The notes under the pieces were generated by a model. That model did no database searches, was not told the origin of the DNA, and was given only the letters and a program-made list of their open reading frames with translations. A stretch of DNA of 64,000 bases from Lama guanicoe (lineage: Eukaryota). The position numbers and the translations under genes are program-made. Shown piece by piece: positions 30,051 to 44,722 of this stretch; within the stretch, counting starts at the first letter, position 1; every line of letters begins with the position of its first letter. The stretch spans positions 310,001 to 374,000 of the forward strand of contig MU053448.1 of assembly GCA_013239625.1 (NCBI GenBank), written 5' to 3'.

Positions 30051-31029
30051 TTTAATTTTTAAGGATAGATAAAAGTTTTTGGAATGTCTGATAGGTATTA
30101 TTTTATGATTCTCTGTACCTTACATATATTTTGTACATAGGACTTATTCATTAAAATTCAATTTTGAAATATAAGCATTGAATGTGACTAGGAAGAAACA
30201 CATCTTAGTTGTAACAGTAGCTATTTCAAGGTAAGGAGATGAATACTTTTTATTTTCCTATTCATAGTAGCACATATTTCCCAGGTTTTAAACAATGACC
30301 ATATACTCTATAGTCAGGAAGATGCTCTTTTTTTTTTTCACTTTTTCTGTATATATTTTTTTTTCACTGAAGTATAGTCAGTTTACAATGTTGTGTCAGT
30401 TTCTGGTGTCCAGCACAATGCTTCAGTCATACATGAACATACATACATTCATTTTCATATTCTTTTTCACCATGAGCTACTACAAGACGATGTTCTTTTA
30501 AAAACATGACTATGCCCAGGTTCTGGGAATTCATGGTAAACTCTGAGTAATCATATCACCCCGAAGAGCTTGTTGGCTGGGCACCAACAAGCAAGGTAAA
30601 CCTGGCCGATCCAGACAACATCTAAAAGGGGTCAGTTTACAGCCGCAGGGTCCTGGCCCCCCAGCTGTGGGGTCAGGGAGTGCGGGACTGGGCATATTCT
30701 TTTTGAAAAGTGGTCCTTCTAGTTGCTTATGGTTCAACAACTTTTGTAAAGGGTTGTTTACTCATTAAGGGCTTAATTAAAAGACTGGAAATACAAGTTA
30801 TATTATATTTTACACTATATCTGTAAACATTTTTGAGGAAAAAAGATAATCTGTCCAACAGCAGTTCAGTAAGACCAAGGGGTATCTCGTGTACGAATTT
30901 ATGTTAGTGATCTAGTTCCACTTCTGTCCTGTGAAAATATGAAATTCGTACCTGCCTTACTGTCTTTAGGTTTTATTTACATGCACTTATAATAACCCAT
31001 TATCAGAGTACCAGCTTTTTCCAAGTGAA

Positions 31030-31700
31030 TTGTGAGGGGTCTCATCAGAAAAGCCTTATCTGTAGGTGAATGTATCTGTCTCTCCCCTCGCCTTCCCTGC
31101 AGGGAGCAGAGGAAGAAAGACCTTCAAAGTCAGGCGGAGCTGGGTTCCGGCCCCGGGACCACCAGCCCGGCACCGAGTGCATGTGTCATCTCCCTCTTCT
31201 GTAGCCTGGCCCGTACACAGTCCCCTCCCACACTGGGCCTGGGCTGGCTGAGGACGCCAACAGGATGTGGCAGAAATGGCACTGCAGGACTTCCAGGGCC
31301 AGGCCACAGGGATCCACGCAGCTTCCACTTTAGCCTTTGGAAGGTTTGGTGCAGGGGAAGCTATCTGCCATGTCTGACTCCTCCAGGACCACTGCGGCGT
31401 AGGGAAGCCTCCAGGGAACAGCAGGGAGGGATGGAGGGATGGAAGGAGAGAGGAGGGAAGAAAGGCAGGACAAGAGAGGGGATGGGGCTCAGGGAGCCCC
31501 CAGCTATTCCAGCTTTCCCAGACAAATTAGTCAAGAACTCACATCTCAGATGACTCGAGCTCCAGCCACCACCTGACTGCAACCCACCAGAAGACCCCCA
31601 CGGAGAGGGGCCCGTGTGAGTCCAATGAGTCCACGGAACCATGGCAGATGCTCGAGTCTGGGACACGATGAGCCTTCCGTGAGGAGCAGCCTTCCTTATC
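31030..31700. mobile_element. MaLR (MLT1-like) LTR remnant
   Basis: CACACTGGGCCTGGGC..GTGGCAGAAATGGCACTGCAGGACTTCCAGGGCCAGGCCACAGG..GCTTCCACTT..CCACCACCTGACTGCAACC. Confidence 0.55.
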
Positions 31701-32502
31701 TTCTCTTCTTACGGAAACACTATCAGGTAAACCAGGTATGTCCAGGCGATGGAGCTACTCAAATGCTCTTAATGCGCACACTGCTTACTCTCACATGGCT
31801 GTTTCTTATCGATGACCTCCCCTTGGGGCTGGACAGAGATCAGATAGGGTTACAGATTTTCAGATCTAGCAGTAGCTCTGGATTTTGTTACTTAGTGGAG
31901 GCCAAAGGTAAATGAGGTCAGCTCTGAATAATTTGAAGAAAGCTCAGAAAGTTTCATAAAACATCAGGTTCAGTTTTACCCTCTTCACTCCATGGTTACT
32001 CATAGCCAGTGGACAAGACGTGTGCCCGGACTTGAAGACCTGGGATCTGGGGGCAACACAGACAAGTGAACAAGCCATCATCCCCCAGGCTTCAGGGGCA
32101 GAAGCAGGCAGAGGACAGGCACCAAGAAGACACATGGTGGGAGAGGAAGCTAACCCCATCTGTCAGGGTCTGGAGGGATCGCAGAAGCAGTGGAGACTAA
32201 TCGCAGAGCAAAAGGGTGCAGATAACACGTGTCTGCCTCCTCTCTGGGTGGGGGGTGCGTGCACCTAGGTGTGTGCCTGGGAGTGGAGGAGAGGCAAGGA
32301 GAAAATGTGTATGTCCCACAGCCAGGGAGCACGCGCCCTTTGGTAACAAAGTACAGAACGCTTGGGACTAGCAGCCGGGGAGCCTGGATCCCAGTTTCCA
32401 CTCTCAGGAGACGACTCACTCACTTTCCGAGCATCTTAACAGTGTGATTACATAGCTATGCTGTACTCCTCTCAGGAAGGAAACTATGAAATATGAAAAG
32501 AA

Positions 32503-33240
32503 CTTTTTTTTATTGGGGTAAAATATACAGAACATGAAATTTACCACTTCAACCATTATTAAGTGCTCGGTTCTATGGCTTTAAGCACATTCACCGTGTT
32601 CTACAACCATCACCACCACCCATCCCCAGGACTTTCTCATTTTTCCAAACGGACACTCTGTGCCCATCAAACACTAACTCCTCATCTCCCTTTCTTGCAG
32701 CCCCTGCAACCACCATTCTACTTTTTGTCTCTATGAATCTGACTATTCTGGGTACCTCACATGAGTGGAGTCACACAAGGTTTGTCCTTCTGTGACTGGC
32801 TTATTTCACTCAGCATCATGTCCTCAAGGCTCATCCATGCTGTAGCATGTGCCAGAATGTCCTTTCTTTTTAACGCTAAATAATATTCCTTTGAATGTAT
32901 ACACTCTCCGTCAGCGCATATTTGGGTTCTTTCCACCTTCTCTCTACTGTGAGTAATGCTGCTGTGAACAGGGGTGTGCAAATAATCTGTTCAAGTCCCT
33001 GCTTCCATTTATCTGGATAAATACCGAGAAGTGGAATTGCTGGGCCATACGGTAGTTCTGTCTTTATTTTTTTCAAGACCCTCCATGGTGTTTTCTGTAG
33101 CGGCTGCATCATTTTACATTCCCACCAAGAGGGGAATTCTGATTCCTCCTCATCCTCACCTACGTTTGGTATTTTCTGCCTTTTATTTTCTTCCTTTTAA
33201 CAACAGCCATCCTAATGGGCATTAGGTGGGATCTCCTGGT
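32503..33240 (-). mobile_element. L1MA/MB 3' end
   Basis: Poly-T at ~32504, ORF2 C-terminus in minus ORFs ([37 protein letters not shown]). Confidence 0.88.
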
Positions 33241-35439
33241 TCGGATGAAAGGGATTTTAAAAATCTCTGTTTTAAAAAATCATTCTTCCTGGTCTAGGGT
33301 ATTCTATATGGAGTTACTTAACCATACAGTTCTCCGAAGCCTCCAGCAAGTCCAAGCATATGACCCTTCTGAAACTGTCCCCACACTGTCTGAGGGCAGG
33401 ACCTCCCCTGCACTCGCCCCTAGGCAAGAGGCTCCGGGCCATCCGAGTCCAACCACTCGCACAGGAATTCTAACGTTGGAACTGGCTTCCTACAAACACC
33501 TTCACACCCGACGATTACCCTGTTTCCCTCGTCTAAGCTCTGCTTCAGCTGGGCTCTAACACCAAGCAGACTACCCACGACCTTTGGCCCCACATGCCCC
33601 CTGCCGTCTTCCCAACTGCAGAGTCCTTCAAAGCCACCCCAGGAGTCAGGCGGTTCACCTTGAACCTGTGCTGTGGACAGTGCTCCATTCACTGGGAAGG
33701 TCCTTCCCAGAGTGAGTGAAATCTGTTAACAGAGGAGGTCGTACCCCAGCCCCGCTCCCCACCAACATCACCAATAGAAGGGCTGTGACCAGACCGTGGC
33801 TCTCCTGAAGCTGAGACTTCAGAGAAATGCTGGCATATGGCAATGCACTGAAGTTGAAACTTTTAGTGAGACGGAGCTTTTTACACTGTAAGAAACCATC
33901 AGGTCTCCCTTAACACAAGAACTTGACTCCCCAGTTTTTAGCTACCTCCTCTTTCCTCCCATCTCCTGTATTTCAGTCATTTTAATAATGACCAACTCTG
34001 CAGCTTGTTAGCAGAGGTAGGAAAAGGTTTCACAAGGAGTGGATCCTGGTGTCTGTCCTGCCAAAGCGAGCACACAAGGATGGACTCTAACAATCCGCAT
34101 CCTCAGTACCTACGACAGTCCCTGACACATAGCAAGAGTTTCGTGAATATCTGCAGAACAAATAAAACGAAATTTATCAAAACAAGACTATATATCCGTC
34201 AAACAACAAGGTCCTACTGTATAGCATAGGGACCTATGTTCAATAGCTTATACTAACCTATAATGAAAAAGAATATATATGAATGTAACTGAATCACTAT
34301 ACTGTACACCAGAAACTAACTCAATATTGTAAAACAATGTTACTTCAATTAAAAAAAAAGTCTAATATCTGTCTTCCACCACTATAAGCAACCCAGCTAG
34401 TTTGAATTAGCAGTGGTGGGTGGTAACTGGGGAAGTATGAAATTAGCAAAAACCACATTTTCACTTACTAATTTAAGGGCACAGTATGCAGGTATAAATC
34501 ACTGTATCAATCTTTTTTTTTTCAGGTTGCTGCATTTTTTATTTTCTTATTCACTAATTCCCTTGAACATATAAGCTGAGCTGAAGTAACATACTTAGTT
34601 TTACTCATTGTATTTTGTTAACTCAAGTCTACATTCAAGTGTCTTTAGATTTTACCTAATGTCTTATGGCCATGTGTCCTCAGACTCCTCCATAGTCTTT
34701 TAGATTTTACGACCTTGACAGGACTGGTCAGGTATCTTGCAGGCTCTTCCTGAATTCAGGTTTGTGTGAGGTTTCTCTCATGGTTAAACTTGATCATATG
34801 CCCAGCCTATCAAGTCACTGCAAACCCTCTGCCCACCCCTGGAGCCACAGGGACAGGTGCTCCCTGAAAAGTGCACTGCTTCCAGATGTCACCTTGGAGA
34901 CAGGTCTGCATCCGAAGGAGACAGCACTTGGTTTTATTTAAATTTCAGGTACAGACTGCAATGTCTTTGTTGTTTTATATTTTCACTGGAGACTATCGGC
35001 CACTTTATCTCTTTCCTCACTTCTCCTGGCTGACCATCCAGGGCACTGGAGAAAGTTTCACTTGCAGTCTAGAATCTGAACTATTAAATGAGTTTACTTA
35101 TTCTCAGACCTATGACCTGGCGGTCTCCTTCCCAGAGAGTTCCGAACACTATTCCTGCAGAACACAGTAAACCACCACAGGCTTTCTCAGGACTTCTGGA
35201 CATGTTTACTTTCATCTTCAAAGCATGTACGACTTGCGTCCAGTAACACTCTCAGGCCTCTCCCAGAACAGGAGGCTGGCAAAGAAATCGGCTGCATACT
35301 CTCACCTTCCGCATTAATAAGTGGTATTTGGTGGCGCAGCCACCCAGAGACTACTCAGTTGGCCCATTTTTTGTTGTTTTAATCTGCCCTGCGTTTTCTT
35401 CACACTGAAGATCACTTGTAGTTGGGTGGGTCACATCTA

Positions 35440-36720
<1,281 letters not shown>

Positions 36721-37419
36721 GGTACATAGTTTTTAGTGGTTTTCCCATGCAATACTGGGGGCTAGAAGAGGGCAGGCAAACCCAGCCCTCGCTGGGTCAC
36801 GGTCCCCACCAGAACCCCTGGTCGGGGGTTAGCAGGGAGCCATCCGTGGGGCCTGAAATAAGGGCGAGTCAGCTATGGACACTCAAATGGAACCACTGCA
36901 TGAAGTCACTTACTTCCGCACTGGAGCAGTGAGCTTGTGACCACACCGGCTAATTCACTAATTTATTATTAATAAAATATATCAAAAATACAGAAAACAT
37001 GGGGAAGTATTTTGAAATTAGTTAATCCCACAAGCCTAGGCTAATAGTTATTATTATAAGTGTTTTCTCACCTAAAGTACAATTCCAATTACAATATACA
37101 AAGTATCCTTTTAATTTAGTATATCATAATCATTTTTTACGTTGCTACGTAACGGTAATTTAATGACGATATAATTTACTATGAAGTTAATTACCATAAT
37201 TTGTCTAACTGTTCAGCTGCTGTTGGTGGTTAGGTTGCTACCAGTTTTTTTTTCTATTATAAATGATGCCATAATAAATGTCTTCGTAGATTTTCAAACT
37301 TCTAAAGAGCATAAACCAGTACCTATACACAGCACTATTAGTTTATGAAGCAATATGAAATCATGTACTATTTCTGTATGAAAACTTTTATACGGGAATG
37401 AATCCAGTCCATTGCTTAT

Positions 37420-38975
37420 TTTTTTGTTGCTGTTATGGTAACATATATATAGAACATGAAACTTGCCATTTTAACCATTTTCTAATGTACAATTCAGTGG
37501 CATTAATTACATTAACAATGTTGTGCCAACTCACTATGTATTTCCAAAATTTTTTCATCACTCTAAACAGAAACTCTAACCATAAGCAGTCATCTCCCAT
37601 TTCTCTTTCCCCCTAGTCCCTGCTAACTTCTAATCTAATCTACTTTCTGTCTCTAGATATTTCATGTAAGTGGAATCACACAACATCTGTCCTTTTGTGA
37701 CTGCCTTAGTTCACTTAGTGTAATGGTTTCAAGGTCCATCTGTGTTACAGCATGTGTCATTGCTTATTATGGCTGAGTAATATTCCATTGTATGTATATA
37801 TGGTAGTTCCCCTTATGCAAAGTTTCATTTTCGTTGGTTTCAGTTACCCGAAGTCAACCGGGGTCCAAAAATGTTAAATAGAAAATTCTAGAAGTAAACA
37901 ATTCACAAACTTTAAATTGCACGCATTTCCAAGTAGCGTGATGAAATCTTATGCCTCCTGCGTGGCACGAGAATCGTCCTTTTGCCCAGCGTATCTCATC
38001 CACTTACTCCTTTAATAGCGTCTTGGTTATCATATTGTCTACTAGGTGTCACAGTGCTTTTGCTCAAGTAACCCTTATTTTACTTAAATTGGCCCCAAAG
38101 TGCAGGAGTAGTGATGCTGGCAATTTGAATATGCCAAAGGGAAGCTGTGAAGTGCTTCCTTAAAGTGAAAAGGTGAAAGTTCTTGATTTAATAAGGAAAG
38201 AAAACAAAAATCATATTCTGAGGTCCATAAGATCTACGGTTAGAAGGAAGCTTCTATCCATGAAATTATGAAGGAGAAGGAAATGGAAATTGATGCTAGT
38301 TTTGCTGTCACACTTCAAACTGCAACAGTTATGGCCACAGTGCATCTGAAGTGTTTGATTAAGATGAAAAAGGCATTAAATTTGTGCAATAGGATATTTT
38401 GAGAGAGAGACCATATTCACTTTTATTCCAGTATATTGTTATAATTGGTCTACTTTATTACTGTTGTTGTAAACCTCTTTCTGTGCCTAATTTACAAATT
38501 AAACTTTATCATAGTTATGTATATACGTATGCATAGGAAACAACAGCCTATCTAGAGTTCAGTACTATCCGAGGTTCCAGGCTTCTGGGGGTTTGGAGCG
38601 TATCACCTACAGGTAAAGGGGGATTACTGTACAACAACATTTTATCTCTTCATCAAATGTTGATGGACACTTGGGTTGTTTCCACCTTTTGGCTGTTGTG
38701 ACATTGCAATTACCATTGCCGTGAAAGTATCTCTTTGACTCTCTGACTTGAATTCTTTGGGGTATTTATCTAAGGGTGGATGTATATCTAAGTGGAATTG
38801 CTGAGTCATACGGTAAATTCTATGTTAGCTTTTTGAGGAACTGCCAAAATTTCCATAGCCACTGCTGTATTTTATGTTACCACCAGTAATACACAAGGTT
38901 TCCAATTTCTCCACATTCTCACCAATACTTATTGTTTTCCCATTTCTGTTTGTTTTTTTTTTAAATCCTGGTGGG
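37420..38975 (-). mobile_element. L1 3' end interrupted by a Tigger-type element
   Basis: L1 3'UTR 37420-37800 resumes at ~38632 (ACAACATTTT..GATGGACACTTGGGTTG). Confidence 0.8.
37801..38629. mobile_element. MER44/Tigger7-like TcMar DNA transposon
   Basis: Imperfect terminal inverted repeats (GTAGTTCCCCTTA / TAAAGGGGGATTACTG) with TA flanks; internal TTTCAGTTACCCG..GTCAACCG..TCCAAAAAT. Confidence 0.8.
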
Positions 38976-39123
38976 TATGAAACACTGTCTGCCAGGAAAG
39001 CTTGCCTGATCCTAGGAGGCCAGAGGTTTTATATGTGGTCAGTCACACACCAAAAATTTAAGGAAATCAAGTGTTTGGCATAAACCATATTGTTTGTACA
39101 ATTTAGACACAATGAACCACTGA

Positions 39124-39930
39124 TTTTTTAAACACCTTTATTGTGATATGATTCCTGCATAGTAAACTACACATATTTCAGATGTATAATTTGATGAATT
39201 GTGATAGTTGTATATACCCATGAAACCACCACCACAATCAAGATAGCTGACATTTCCATCACTCCCCAAGAGGGGCAAATTTCGAATTTCCAGTTTATCC
39301 CTTCCCACCCGCTTTATCCCTGGTAAACATAAGTTTGTTCTCTATGTCTGTGAGTCTGTTTCTGTTTTGCAGATAAGTTCATTTCTGTCCTTTTTTTAGA
39401 TTCCACATATAAGCGATATCATATGGTATTTTTCTTTCTCTTTCTGGCTTGTTTCACTTAAAGTGACGATCTCCAGGTCCATCCAAGTTGCTGCAGATGG
39501 CATTATTTTATTCTTTTTTATGGCTGAGTAGCATTCATATATATATATATATATATGAATATATATATTCTTCTTTATCCAGTCTCTATCCATGGGCATT
39601 TGGGTTGTTTCCATGTCTTGACTATTGTAAATAGTGCTGCTATGAACATTGGGGTGCATGTGTCTTTTCAAATTATATTTTTCTCCAGATATATGCCCAA
39701 GAGTGGGACTGGTGGATCATATGGTAAGTTTATTTTTAGTTTTTTAAGGACCCTCCATACTGTCCTCCGTAGCGGCTGCATCAATTTACATTCCTACCAA
39801 GAGTATAGGAGAGTCCCCTTTTCTCCACACCCTCTCCAGCATTTCTTGTTTGTGGACTTTTGAATGATGGCCATTCTGACTGGTATGAGGTGACACCTCT
39901 TTGTAGTTTTGATTTGCATTTCTCTAATGA
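39124..39930 (-). mobile_element. L1 3' end with alternative tail
   Basis: ORF2 C-terminus (ATWMDLEIVTLSETSQKEKEKYHMISLICGI) plus 3'UTR; tail shared with the 43071 and 51629 copies. Confidence 0.88.
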
Positions 39931-40157
39931 AACTCTCTTATCAGTTAGGGAAATAGATAATGATGGACTTGTGGGAGGCCTAACTAAATCCGGGTTCCCA
40001 GACACTAGCCAGTGGAAAACTTTGCAAGCAGACCCCTCTCAGGACAGTAGTCTCAGTCCTGCTATGCTAGCTCTTCTGAGCAGCATCTTACAGTCAAATT
40101 CTTATCATGGAGTTTTCTCTTGTTCACTGGGTAACATGACCTTCCAGACTGGTTTCT

Positions 40158-40232
40158 TTATCTATCTATCCATCTATCTTCTGTATCTATCCATGTATCT
40201 ATGTATCTGTCTGTCTATCTTTCTACATCTGT
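40158..40232. repeat. Degenerate (TATC/TGTC)n repeat
   Basis: Direct reading. Confidence 0.8.
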
Positions 40233-43070
40233 CTTTTTCTTTTCTTTGTTTTTCCCTTTTTGCTGTTGTATGTTTGCAATAATCGCCTCCTCTATACCAG
40301 AAATCAACTAAAGACAGGGAAGTATGCTCAAAAAAGGTATTAGACTAGATAAACTAGAGATTACAAAGCCAACAGACTTATTCTATTCATTTTAAAAGCA
40401 GGAGAAACTCAATTCTCACTCAGAAATACTACTTTTATTTTACACACAGAACTAGCAAGCTGTAAACTTGATCAGAACTGCCTAAAGTATTGTCTGGTGG
40501 AAAATGTTATTAGATAGGCTATGGACAACTGGGTGACCATACAGAAAACATTAGCTTGGATCTATTTCTCATAATTTATAGTCAAATAAATTCCAAGTGG
40601 ATGAGTTTTTTTTAATGCTGAAGAGTCTCAGTCCACACCTTGATTTCAGCCTTGTGAGACCCTAAGCAAAGGATCCAATTAAGCCACACGGAGTCCTTAC
40701 CCACAGAAGCTGGGATAATAAATACTTTTTAGCCTCTCAATGTGTTGTCATTTGTTATAACTAATGTGGTCTGCTAGCTTCTTTGTGGTATAATTTTATT
40801 TTTTTACTCTATCTTTCATATTACCTATAAACTGGATGCTACTTCTACACATTTGATTAGATTCCAGTTCTACTTTTTAATATTAAAAATAGGACATAGA
40901 TGGTGCTAGTGGTTTTATTTCTATGGCACCAAATCTGGAGGCACCCATGTGTGTATAGACTATCCCATTAAGTGAATACAACACGATTTATCCGTTCTCT
41001 TATTGATGGACATTTAGGTTGTATCCACTTGGAGACTATTATGAATAAAAATGGCTATGCACATTCTTACACAAGTCTCGTTGTGGACATGTGCATTCAT
41101 TTCTCTTGTGTACACCCCTAGGAGTGGAGTTCTGGAGAGAAGGTGTATGCTTAGCTTTAGTAGAAACTGCAAAACAGCTTTCCAATGTGATTGTAGCACT
41201 CTGTACTCCCACCATTGTTTGACATTTCTGGTACCGCATCTTTACCAACACTTGGTATAACACAGTATTTAACTTTTTTTTTTAACAGCAACATTATTTA
41301 TAATTGCCAAGTTATGGAAGTATCCTAAGTGCACATCAATATTGAATAGATAGTGGAGATGCAGCATGTATAGATATGTAATGGAATACAGCTTACCCAT
41401 AAAAAAAGAAGGATATTTTGCCATTTGCAGCCCTTCATTCACTTTGTTTTTCACTTCAAAAACCAGAATTGTATAACTGGCAGGGACATTTCCATTACAT
41501 CAAAAACAACAAAATACCTAGAAATAGACTTAACCAAGGAACTTACCTAAACTTTGAAAACCAAAATGACACAAAGGAATGGAAAGATTTCTTGTGCTCT
41601 TGGATTGGAAGAATCAACACTATCAAAATGGCCACATTACCCAAAGCAACCCACAGATCCAACACAACCCCTATCAAAATACTCACGACATTCCTCACAT
41701 AACTAGAACAAACAATTCCAGAATTTATAAGAAACCACAAAAGACCCCAAACAGCCTAAGCAGTCTTTTGCAGGTCTCTCTCTTTTTTTCTCTTTCTTCT
41801 TCTTGTTCTCTTTTCTTATGGTTTGATGACTAGAAAAGGTCCTTTAACATTTGTTGAAAAGACACAGTATTTAACTTTTAACAGAGATTAAACACTGGAA
41901 AGATCCAAAGTGGTATGCCTGTTCCCAAGGAATACTCAGTGAAGTACCAATTTTGTTCATCTAATTCTGGTACTAAAACGCATGATGCAGCCAAGTTGGA
42001 GAAGGAAGCCTGACAAAAGTGTCCCAGTGAGACATACCCATACACTCAAGTCCCAGAAGGAAGAGCAGTTGAAGGGGTTCCTTCTGGGCACGCTGGTCTC
42101 TAGTGGCCTTTCTTGCTTGGAGGCGGTGGGGGGAGTGGGTGACCAGAAAGCAGTGTCTCCTGCCCCACCCTCCACTGAGGGGCCAGCGCCTTGACTTCTC
42201 TTTTAGGATTTATGAAATCCATAGGTCCTTGGTATTTATTCATTATTGATATTTATTCATTAAATATGGTTGAAAGCAAGGTCTTCCCAGCTCTGTTGGG
42301 TGATAGGTCCGCATGAAGAGAGCTGGGGCTGACAAGGGGTCCTTTCCTGGAGGAGGCAGCCCTCTGGTCAGAGTCTTTGGGCCTCCAGGTCTGGTGACCG
42401 AGGTGAGGCTCCTGAGGGAAAGCCTTCTTGCCTGGGAGAGGGAGCCCGTCAGGGTGACCCCAGCAGGCCCCAGGGCCTGTCATGGGGCCAAGGGGCCTTG
42501 AGAAGTCAGTGTTTGGCCCCATTGTAAAGGGCACCCAGGCTTTGAGGATATGTAACTCTAGGCCAAGTCAGGCAGCTCTGAGCAGGGCTGAGGCAAGTAG
42601 AGGGAGGCCTGGTGGCTCTGACCTTGAAAGAGGCAGAGGCCTCCCAGGCACAGGTCTAGGCAAGTCTTGGGCACCTGCTGTATGATATCTAACCACACCC
42701 AGGAATACTGACCCCCACACCAGTAATAGGTTTCTAGAGCTGAAAGGGTCACCTGTTCTAAAACAACCCACCCATTTTACACAAACTGGAGGCACCATGG
42801 GGTCAGCAGCAGCCTGTTGGGAGCCATGGCAAGTGGACTGGATTTCACTAAGTGCAGTGGTAGTCTCTGAGGAAAGCTTTATTTTTGGAAAAGAGAGGAT
42901 AAATATATTTTAAGGTGATATGGGTAGTTCAGAATGAGGTTTTGAGCTAGAGCCACTAAAATGTTTTTTATATGTGAAGAATTTCCCACCTCCAAAACTC
43001 CCAGCATTTCTACTGAGGTTAACTACCCAGGTAAAGAGAAGAAAGAATCCTTTGTGGGGAGTGAAATTTA

Positions 43071-43214
43071 TTATTTTATTTAAAAAAAACACTTTTATTA
43101 TATGATTCCTGTATAGTAAACTACACATATTTCAGATGTACAATTTGATGAATTTTGACAAATGCATACACCCATGAAACCACCACCACAATCAAGATAG
43201 CTGACACTTCCACC
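43071..43214 (-). mobile_element. Short L1 tail insertion with perfect 15-bp TSD
   Basis: GGGGAGTGAAATTTA at 43056-43070 and 43215-43229. Confidence 0.85.
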
Positions 43215-43560
43215 GGGGAGTGAAATTTAAATGCCTTTGATTGTACATAGCTATCTGTCCTTTTTGTTTTTGTGGTTTATTTATTGTGAAATGTAACACA
43301 TATAGAAAAGTAGCTTGAACAAATGCACAGTGAATTAAAGTATTATCAAGTCAGTTCCCAGCTAACCACCTCCCAGACCAAGACCTAGATTGTTGGCAGC
43401 AGCCCAGAAGCACCTGCCTCCTTCCACTTCATAGCCACCTCCTCCCAGGCTGGAGGGGACTCTCGCCCGCTTTTCTCTACGGTTTATATCCTAAGGGTAG
43501 TGCAGGGCTCAGAAAAGTATGGCCTCTGGACCCAGCCGGACACCCAGCTGGTTTTAATAT

Positions 43561-44510
43561 ATAGTCAGCTCTCGGTATCCACGGGTTCCACACCTGTGTC
43601 TCTGATGCGGGAAAACAGATGTGGGGCGTGAGGAGGGCTATGTTCCAGGTCTTGGTGGAGCCCCTGGGACGGGCCCTGCCAAGGGTGGGTCCTTGGCTTC
43701 GCACAGGAGAGAATTCAAGAGCGAGCCACAGTTGAGTGAAGGTAGATTTATTCAGAGAGATACATTGAAAGGCAAGAGAAAGGTCACGAGGTGTGGGGGT
43801 TGGGTGCTCAGATTAAAAGTACGTACACACTCCACAGAGTGCGGGCCGTCTCTGAAGGGGGAGGGAGGACAGCCGCGAGGCGCCCTGTTGCTGGTTTTTA
43901 TGGGCTTGGTGGTTTCATATGCTAATAAGTGGAAGGACCAGTCTAAGGGGGAGGGGCTTGGATTCCCAGGAAGTTGGACATTTCCCACCCTTTGACCTTT
44001 TGTGGCTAGTCTTGGGGCTGCCAAAGTGCCTGTGGGCGTTATTCACCATGTTAATATATTACAATGAGCGTACAATGACGCTCAAGATCTACTAGAAGTT
44101 AAATCTCTCTTCATCCTGAGCCTCAAGGCCTACTAGGGGTTGAATCTGTCACCATTTTGATGTTAATTGCTGTGGCCTTCCTTGAATGGCTGTGCCCTGC
44201 CCCCTTTCATCCTGTCTCAGATTCAATCAACCATAGATAGGAAATATTTGGGGAAAAAATTCCAGAAAGTTCCAAAGAGTAAAACAATTTTGGCTCACCA
44301 GCAACTATTTACAAAGCATTTATATTGTATTTACAACTATTTACATAGCATTTACCTTGTATTAGGTATTATAAGTAATCTAGAGATGATGTAAAGAGCA
44401 CAGAGGAGGATGAGCCGAGGTTCTACGCAAATACTATGTCATTTTATATAAGAGACTTGAGCATCTGTGGATTTTGGTATTGAAATGGGTCATGGTGAGG
44501 GACAACTGTA
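43561..44510. mobile_element. MER2/Tigger-like DNA transposon split by an LTR
   Basis: CTCGGTATCCACGGGTTCCACACCTGTG continues at 44220 as GATTCAATCAACC; ends GAGGGACAACTGTA. Confidence 0.75.
43603..44219 (-). mobile_element. Solo LTR, ERV1-like (same family as 2407-3081)
   Basis: Reverse-complement homology to 2407-3081 (GAATTCAAGAG, GTAGATTTATTCAG, TGTGCCCTGCCCCCT..CCTGTCTCA). Confidence 0.82.
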
Positions 44511-44707
44511 AAGTTTCAGTGGAATACAATCACACCCATTTCTTTAAGTACTGTCTATGGCTACTTCCATGCCACGAGAGCAGAGTTGAGTGGTTGCGAT
44601 AGAGACCTGGGTGGCTTGCTAAGCCTGAAATATTTCCTGTCTCGTTCTTTTCGGAAACAAAAAAGCTGCCCCCTTGTGTAGTATGTAATCTACCAGGCTG
44701 GTAGTTT

Positions 44708-44722
44708 GCTGCCCCCTGGTGG
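44708..44722 (-). promoter_or_regulatory. CTCF core motif
   Basis: Reverse complement CCACCAGGGGGCAGC matches the canonical CTCF core; a weaker copy in the same orientation lies at 44665-44679. Confidence 0.6.

Noticed and set aside
41950..42800. Moderately GC-rich segment with several short ORFs
   Set aside because: CpG-poor, no recognisable peptide, no consistent exon structure, poly(A) tail or TSD
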